Positions 36,553-38,560 of a DNA stretch of 38,560 bases are shown here, piece after piece; positions within the stretch are counted from its first letter, which is position 1; each line of letters opens with the position of its first letter. The notes under the pieces are model-generated. The model saw nothing but the letters and a program-made list of their open reading frames with translations. It had not been told where the DNA came from and ran no database searches. Where the stretch lies: positions 1 to 38,560 of the IMG/VR virus record IMGVR_UViG_2529292890_000001, one strand, 5' to 3'. The translations under genes were made by a program, and so were the position numbers. The stretch is from a virus (lineage: Duplodnaviria > Heunggongvirae > Uroviricota > Caudoviricetes).

Positions 36553-36569
36553 ATTACCTCTAAGGTAAT
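36553..36569 (-). promoter_or_regulatory. Dispersed palindrome copy E: ATTACC-TCTAA-GGTAAT
   Basis: Between the P-like stop and the DUF1064 start, 46 bp from copy D. Confidence 0.55.
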
Positions 36570-36605
36570 TATCGAGACGTAAAAAAATGCGCTATCGCGC
36601 TGGTA

Positions 36606-37388
36606 TTACTTGATAAATCCTGACGCCTTTCCCCGCCTGTATTCCTCCATCAGCCACTGCGCCGGTGTTATTCCCCCAAGGGTGGCGGCGTTAGGCATGC
36701 ACCCGAAACTTCGCCCTGGTGGATGGTAAACGTCTCTCCCTGTGTCCGGAGGCGTACTCATGGGTTCTGGCTTTGCCTGTATGCTGATCACCGGATCGGG
36801 TATCTGCTGTCCGGAAGCCACCTTTTTCGCCCAATCATCGAGCAGCCTGCGCGCGTGTTTCTCAACCTCAATCTCGCTAAGCTGGCGCTGATACATTGCA
36901 CGGCGGGTATCACATACGACCCAGTACATAACCGGATGTCGCCACGGGAATCTTTCGGGACCACCAGGATATAAACTTTTTTCCTTGCTGTACCGGTGAA
37001 ACTCCGCCATCACATCGTCAATGGTGACGCCAAGAACCATCTTGCTGTCTTTACACCACTTGATGAATTGCCCTGGCGACGGCCAGAACGGAGACTCACT
37101 GGCGCGGGCGTGGCGCATACCAGCGTTAACCTGTTCCATTGTTGTGATCCCATTCTCCAGAAACGCAAGCATCCATTGTTTTCGAAATTCGTTTAGCTTT
37201 CCTTGCTCGCTGATAGCAGCGATGCTGCCTGGAAATGCAGCCTGTAACTGGACAAACATTTCGTTGAAAATTCTTGCAACCTGCTCCTTCTTTGCCCTTT
37301 CATCGTCAGCAGAAGCAACCGCCGTCGAGTGGTCATGCCCACCACGAAAGCGATCGTACTCATTAAGAAGTTCTGGAGTTGATTTCAT
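36606..37388 (-). CDS. Replication protein P-like (helicase loader)
   Basis: Segment …RKQWMLAFLENGITTMEQVNAGMRHARASESPFWPSPGQFIKWC… closely resembles lambda P; ATG at 37388 preceded by GAGGTG. Confidence 0.75.
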   Translation of the reverse strand: MKSTPELLNEYDRFRGGHDHSTAVASADDERAKKEQVARIFNEMFVQLQAAFPGSIAAISEQGKLNEFRKQWMLAFLENGITTMEQVNAGMRHARASESPFWPSPGQFIKWCKDSKMVLGVTIDDVMAEFHRYSKEKSLYPGGPERFPWRHPVMYWVVCDTRRAMYQRQLSEIEVEKHARRLLDDWAKKVASGQQIPDPVISIQAKPEPMSTPPDTGRDVYHPPGRSFGCMPNAATLGGITPAQWLMEEYRRGKASGFIK

Positions 37389-38196
37389 CCCACACCTCAT
37401 CTATCCAGTCAGTGTTATGCCAGTCAAGGCTCTTTCTGACTTCACCTGATTTCTGTCTACAGAACTGGATGCGCCTTGCCAGCTTCTGCTCCCACTGTGC
37501 CTGATGGTATGCCTTACCCTCAGCCATCCAGTAAATTCTGAACTCTGCAAGTTCCTGTGCCGTTGGCAGACTGTCCAGGTAGATTCCCTGCAATGAGCTT
37601 TTCCGAAGAAAGTCATCTGATGGCTGCCATTGTTCATGCATGACAAATTTGCCTAATTGCCCTGGCCCACCAGGAGGAACAAAGTTATTCATCACGGCGT
37701 TGTTTGCGCCGGGGTCATGAGGCACAGAATCCCCGGTTTTTGTCCTGCTCTCCCTCTCTTGGTTAAATGACTGGTTATATGACTGGTTCTGGATCCCGTT
37801 TTTGGGATCATTCAACATCCCGTTTTTGGGATCATTCAACATCCCGTTTTTGGGTATATTCCCGTTTTCGGTAACATTACCGTTTTCGGGTTCATTGCCC
37901 CCCTCCCGGTTGCCTTTAATGTTCCCGTTTTTGGTTATATTAAGAGAGAAAACCCGCACTCTTTTTGTCGCTCCCTTTCTCTCTCCGGTATCTGAAATAA
38001 GCCCCATTTTCATGAGCGATATAAGCCCGGCCTGCACGGTTTTTTTATTCAGGCAAGTGTCTTTAACGAGGCGTTCTATGCTGGGGTAGCAGAGGTTATA
38101 TTCATCGGCTCTGTCAGCCATCGAGAGCAGTATGAGCTTTAATGATGAGCTACCTGGATCTGTCTCCCAGGCCCAATCTGTTGCATGTCTGCTCAT
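37363..38196 (-). CDS. Replication initiator O-like protein (iteron-binding)
   Basis: 277 aa; N-terminal HTH-like domain; NGN/PKNGML peptide repeats encoded by the internal iterons; RBS GGAGA; directly upstream of the P-like gene. Confidence 0.7.
   Translation of the reverse strand: MSRHATDWAWETDPGSSSLKLILLSMADRADEYNLCYPSIERLVKDTCLNKKTVQAGLISLMKMGLISDTGERKGATKRVRVFSLNITKNGNIKGNREGGNEPENGNVTENGNIPKNGMLNDPKNGMLNDPKNGIQNQSYNQSFNQERESRTKTGDSVPHDPGANNAVMNNFVPPGGPGQLGKFVMHEQWQPSDDFLRKSSLQGIYLDSLPTAQELAEFRIYWMAEGKAYHQAQWEQKLARRIQFCRQKSGEVRKSLDWHNTDWIDEVWDEINSRTS
37794..37940. repeat. Origin-like iteron array inside the O-like gene
   Basis: Six direct repeats of TCCCGTTTT(T/C)GG at 37794, 37818, 37842, 37860, 37878 and 37923 (24- and 18-bp periodicity), followed by an A/T-rich stretch, as in lambda ori within O. 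Confidence 0.7.
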
Positions 38197-38211
38197 GATT
38201 AATCTCCGCTA

Positions 38212-38412
38212 TCAGCTTGAGTGTTGTGGGGAGGAATTAATCATGATCTGCTTAATCTCTGCCCTGATGCGACGGTTTGATTCCATGGTGCACTCAACAC
38301 AGTGTCCGTTGTAAACCCAGCGTTCACTGTCATGTCCATGCTTACATGGTTTTCCGGTGTAGTAGCGTTTAAGTCCGCGCTTTGCGGCATCAATACGTGT
38401 AATGATTTCCAT
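38212..38412 (-). CDS. Small Cys-rich (Zn-ribbon-like) protein upstream of the O-like gene
   Basis: About 66 aa from the ATG at 38412 (MEIITRIDAAKRGLKRYYTGKPCKHGH…GHCVEC…); the track ORF extends on a TTG to 38475. Confidence 0.4.
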   Translation of the reverse strand: MEIITRIDAAKRGLKRYYTGKPCKHGHDSERWVYNGHCVECTMESNRRIRAEIKQIMINSSPQHSS

Positions 38413-38491
38413 GGTAAGCCCTGTTATTAGTATTGGGATTACGGTCATTTTGTGCTGACACAAAAAAAAGATCAACCAGATTTGGTTTTTT

Positions 38492-38508
38492 ATTACCTTT
38501 GAGGTACG
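38492..38508 (-). promoter_or_regulatory. Dispersed palindrome copy F: ATTACC-TTTGA-GGTACG
   Basis: Upstream of the small Zn-ribbon gene and O/P replication genes. Confidence 0.5.
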
Positions 38509-38529
38509 AATAGATATGAAAAGAAACCC

Positions 38530-38560
<31 letters not shown>

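Noticed and set aside
32672-38475. N-terminally extended versions of several track ORFs (terS to 32750, Zn-ribbon gene to 38475, BRO-N from 11236, 862-aa form of the internal virion protein from 20325, P-like from 37400)
   Set aside because: The extensions start on TTG or GTG or lack an RBS, while an internal ATG with a good Shine-Dalgarno and translational coupling to the upstream gene is available; the shorter forms were annotated

Overview
The window has two parts. Positions 1-4306 are an Escherichia-type chromosomal segment carrying pdeF/yfgF (c-di-GMP phosphodiesterase, minus strand), yfgG, yfgH and yfgI, ending in a bidirectional terminator and what looks like the last 15 nt of guaA. 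From about 4307 to the window end is one large, mostly minus-strand podovirus-type prophage that is cut off at the right edge, so integrase and immunity genes are not visible. Its order (high to low coordinate) is: small Zn-ribbon gene, lambda O-like and P-like replication genes with iterons inside O, a nin-like block, TerS, TerL, a plus-strand island (gp49-like gene and tRNA-Arg UCU), portal, scaffold, major capsid, T7 gp11/gp12-like tail adaptor and nozzle, five internal virion proteins, an accessory region (12.0-13.5 kb: small membrane proteins, signal-peptide peptide, lipoprotein), a P22 immI-like region (9.7-12.0 kb: LexA-boxed antirepressor-like gene, membrane-anchored tandem Zn-ribbon protein, BRO-N protein), tailspike, and a terminal lysis cassette (holin, GH19 endolysin, Rz/Rz1). 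No Q-like antiterminator is recognisable. The layout recalls epsilon15/phiV10-type phages that integrate at guaA, but that is from memory and needs a BLAST check. The most interesting signals are (1) an oriented 17-bp palindrome ATTACC-N5-GGTAAT present in at least 8 intergenic copies ahead of transcription units, (2) a near-consensus LexA box in front of a small gene paralogous to the C-terminal domain of the BRO-N protein, and (3) an unclassified membrane-anchored double Zn-ribbon protein preceded by two copies of the palindrome. No CRISPR array, rRNA or transposase was seen. All calls are from reading the sequence and ORF track; no database search was run.
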